DNA from: Octopus sinensis
Taxonomy: Eukaryota
Length of the DNA stretch: 9,010 nucleotides
Assembly (NCBI RefSeq): GCF_006345805.1
Contig: NW_021828161.1
Coordinates: 1 to 9,010 of the forward strand
Direction of reading: 5' to 3'
Shown here: piece by piece, positions 6,790-9,010 of the stretch
Position numbering within the stretch: the stretch's first letter is position 1
Layout: each line of letters begins with the position of its first letter
Notes under the pieces: model-generated
Databases searched by the model: none
The model's input: the letters and a program-made list of their open reading frames with translations, nothing else
Told to the model about the DNA's origin: nothing
Program-made: the position numbers and the translations under genes

Positions 6790-6892
6790 TAGCGCACTAT
6801 TCGAGACGCATTTAATTCCAAATAGTGCGCTAAAGTGAATGGCGTCTCGAATATTGCGTCAATTCAGCGTTAAAGACGTCTCGAATAGTGCG
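6790..6892. repeat. Cluster of a 17-bp motif (CGCACTATTCGAGACGC): one forward and three reverse copies
   Basis: Forward copy at 6793-6809. Reverse copies at 6821-6832 (12/12 against 6790-6801), 6842-6858 (16/17) and 6877-6892 (16/16). Confidence 0.9.
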
Positions 6893-6987
6893 TTAATTTT
6901 CTTCCCCTATTCTTCGCTTGATGGACATGGTTTTCAGTGGGGCCGAAAACCATCGATAATTCAATGCTTTCGCAAAACTGTAGCTAA

Positions 6988-7170
6988 TGGTAGTGGCGGT
7001 GGTGGTGGTGGTGGTGGAGGTGATAATGGCATAATGGATTGTATTGGGATTTGTAGCGGTGGTGGCTGTGGTTGTGGTAATGGTGGTGGTGTAGGTCGTG
7101 GTGGTGTAGGTCGTGGTGGCGGTGGTGGTGAGAGTGGTGGTGTTGGTGCTCCTTACGTTGTTGTCTAGCT
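6988..7170. repeat. (GGT)n low-complexity tract
   Basis: Imperfect GGT runs, with a tandem ggtggtgtaggtcgt pair. Confidence 0.9.
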
Positions 7171-7825
7171 CCAGGTGCTGTTGTTGTTGTTGATGGTGAT
7201 GGTGGTGGTAATGGTGGTAGTGGTGGTGGTAGTGTTACGATGGTTGTATTGTTGATGTCGATACGGACTTATTGTTATTATTTCTATGCCTTTGTTGTTG
7301 TTGTTGTTGTTGTTGTTGTTTGCATTGATGTTTCTCACGACGACGACCGTTACGGTGATCACGATTATGATGATGACGACGATGATGATGAAGATCATCA
7401 TGATGATGACGATGTTTAAGATGATGATGACGATTATGATGATGATGATGATGAGGATGATGATTATGATGATAATAATGATAATGATAATCATGATTAT
7501 GAAGACGATGACGATGCTGATGATGATGTTGAGGATGACGGTGATTATGATGATGATGATGATGATGATGATGAGGACGATGATCGCGATTATGATGACC
7601 ATGATTATGATGATAGTGATGGTAATGTTGATAACGGTGTTGGTGTTGGTGATGACGATGATGATGATGATGACGACCACGACGACGATTATGATGACGA
7701 CCATGATGATGCTGATGATGTTGATTATAATGACGACGATGACGTCACTTTTGTTGCTGTTGTCATTGTTATTGCTGCTTTCGTTGTTGATTTCGCTGCT
7801 GTTGTTGTTGTTGTTATTGTTGTTG

Positions 7826-7869
<44 letters not shown>

Positions 7870-8005
7870 TAAAATCTTGTTGCATTTGGTACATTTTATT
7901 GTTCTTGTTCTTCTTGTCGATGTTTCATGTTGTTGTTGATGTTGTTATTGTTGCTGGTTTAGTTCTTGTAGTAGTTGTTGGTGTTGTTGTTGTCGTTGTT
8001 GATGC
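7171..8005. repeat. Compound trinucleotide tract: (GTT)n / (GAT)n / (GTT)n
   Basis: GAT-dominated at about 7350-7745, with GTT runs at about 7290-7320 and 7750-8000 (near-perfect run at about 7826-7867). Confidence 0.95.
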
Positions 8006-8124
8006 TTCTGTTTTGAAATTGTGCCTCTCCTCACCTGCCCCTCCCCTCCGAATTTAATATGTTCCGCTGAGTTAGTTTCTGTCTCGCAGCCATTTACTAA
8101 CATGGAATTGTTGACGCCTGGAAT

Positions 8125-8925
8125 TGTGTGTGTGTGTGTGTGTGTGGTGTATGTGTGTGTGTGTATGTGTGTATGTGTGTATGTATGTGTGTGTGTGTAT
8201 GTATTATGTGTGTGTGTATTGATATGCGTATGTATGTGCTTTGTGTATATGTCTGTGTGTGCGTGTGTGTATATGTGTGTGTGTGTATGTATGTATGTGT
8301 GTGTGTATGTATATGTGTGTGTTGGTATGCATATGTATGTGTTTTGTGTATATGTCTGTGTCTGTGTGTGTGTTTATGCGTGTATATCGACGTATGTGTT
8401 GTGTGTGTATATGTGTCTTGTGTATGTATATATTGTGTGTGTGTGTTGTGTGTGTAGATATGTATATACTGTCTGTTTGTCCGTATTTGTCCGTGTGTGT
8501 ATATGTGTGTGTGTGCAGATATGCGTATGTTCTTTGTGTATGTGTGTCTGTGTGCTTATGTGTGTATATTGGTGTATGTGTTGTGTGTGTGTGAGTGTGT
8601 TTCTTGTGCATGTGTACTTATATGTGTGTGTAGCTAAGTATATGTATATGCTGTGTATTTGTCTACGTGTGTGTAGGTATACCGATGTATATATATGTAC
8701 GTGTGGGGGGATGTGTGTAGGCATGTGTGTATCTATATGTTGTGTAGGCTTTTGTAGATATGTGTATATATTCTGTCTGTGTGTTGGTATGCGCATGTAT
8801 CATATGCTGCGTGGATGTGTCTGTGTTTATATCGATGTATGCGTGTGTGTCTGTATGTGTGTAGGTATGTCTGTGTATGTGGATAAATGTGTGAATGTGT
8901 GTGTTTGTGGGTGTATGTGTTTTAA
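8125..8925. repeat. Long imperfect (TG)n/(TATG)n tract
   Basis: About 800 nt of degenerate TG/TA dinucleotides, which accounts for all five overlapping ORFs here. Confidence 0.95.
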
Positions 8926-9010
8926 TGTGCATGAATTGTATCCATTAGCAATTCCATGTGCCTCTGTATGCACGTGTACCAACGAGTGTGTAAGTATATA
9001 CACATTCGCC

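Noticed and set aside
6790-6892. CRISPR-like repeat-spacer array
   Set aside because: The repeats are short, partial and in mixed orientation with irregular spacing. The context is eukaryotic and there are no cas genes.
7165-7939. Poly-Ile and poly-Met/Leu/Cys ORFs
   Set aside because: They are translations of (GAT)n and (GTT)n microsatellites.
8128-8932. Five overlapping CV- or HT-rich ORFs
   Set aside because: They are translations of the (TG)n tract.

Overview
Repeat-saturated, most likely non-coding (intronic or intergenic) eukaryotic DNA. I recognise the short interspersed repeats from memory as resembling octopus tRNA-derived SINEs. That taxon call is recall, not a database result. 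The window holds about 10 SINE copies or fragments from about 5 families (labelled A-E here), a heavily decayed RTE-clade LINE reverse transcriptase relic on the minus strand (about 5200-6228, spread over several frames), many microsatellites, and a 21-nt minisatellite. No intact host protein-coding gene is supported, and almost all listed ORFs are translations of simple repeats. The most notable structures are: a 321-bp near-perfect palindrome formed by local inverted duplication inside a SINE; a stop-free frame missing from the ORF track that reads (GGGGRGD)n; a SINE nested in another SINE with a 22-bp target-site duplication; a second short inverted duplication; and a cluster of a 17-bp motif in both orientations. 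I see no clear evidence of a new multi-gene system.
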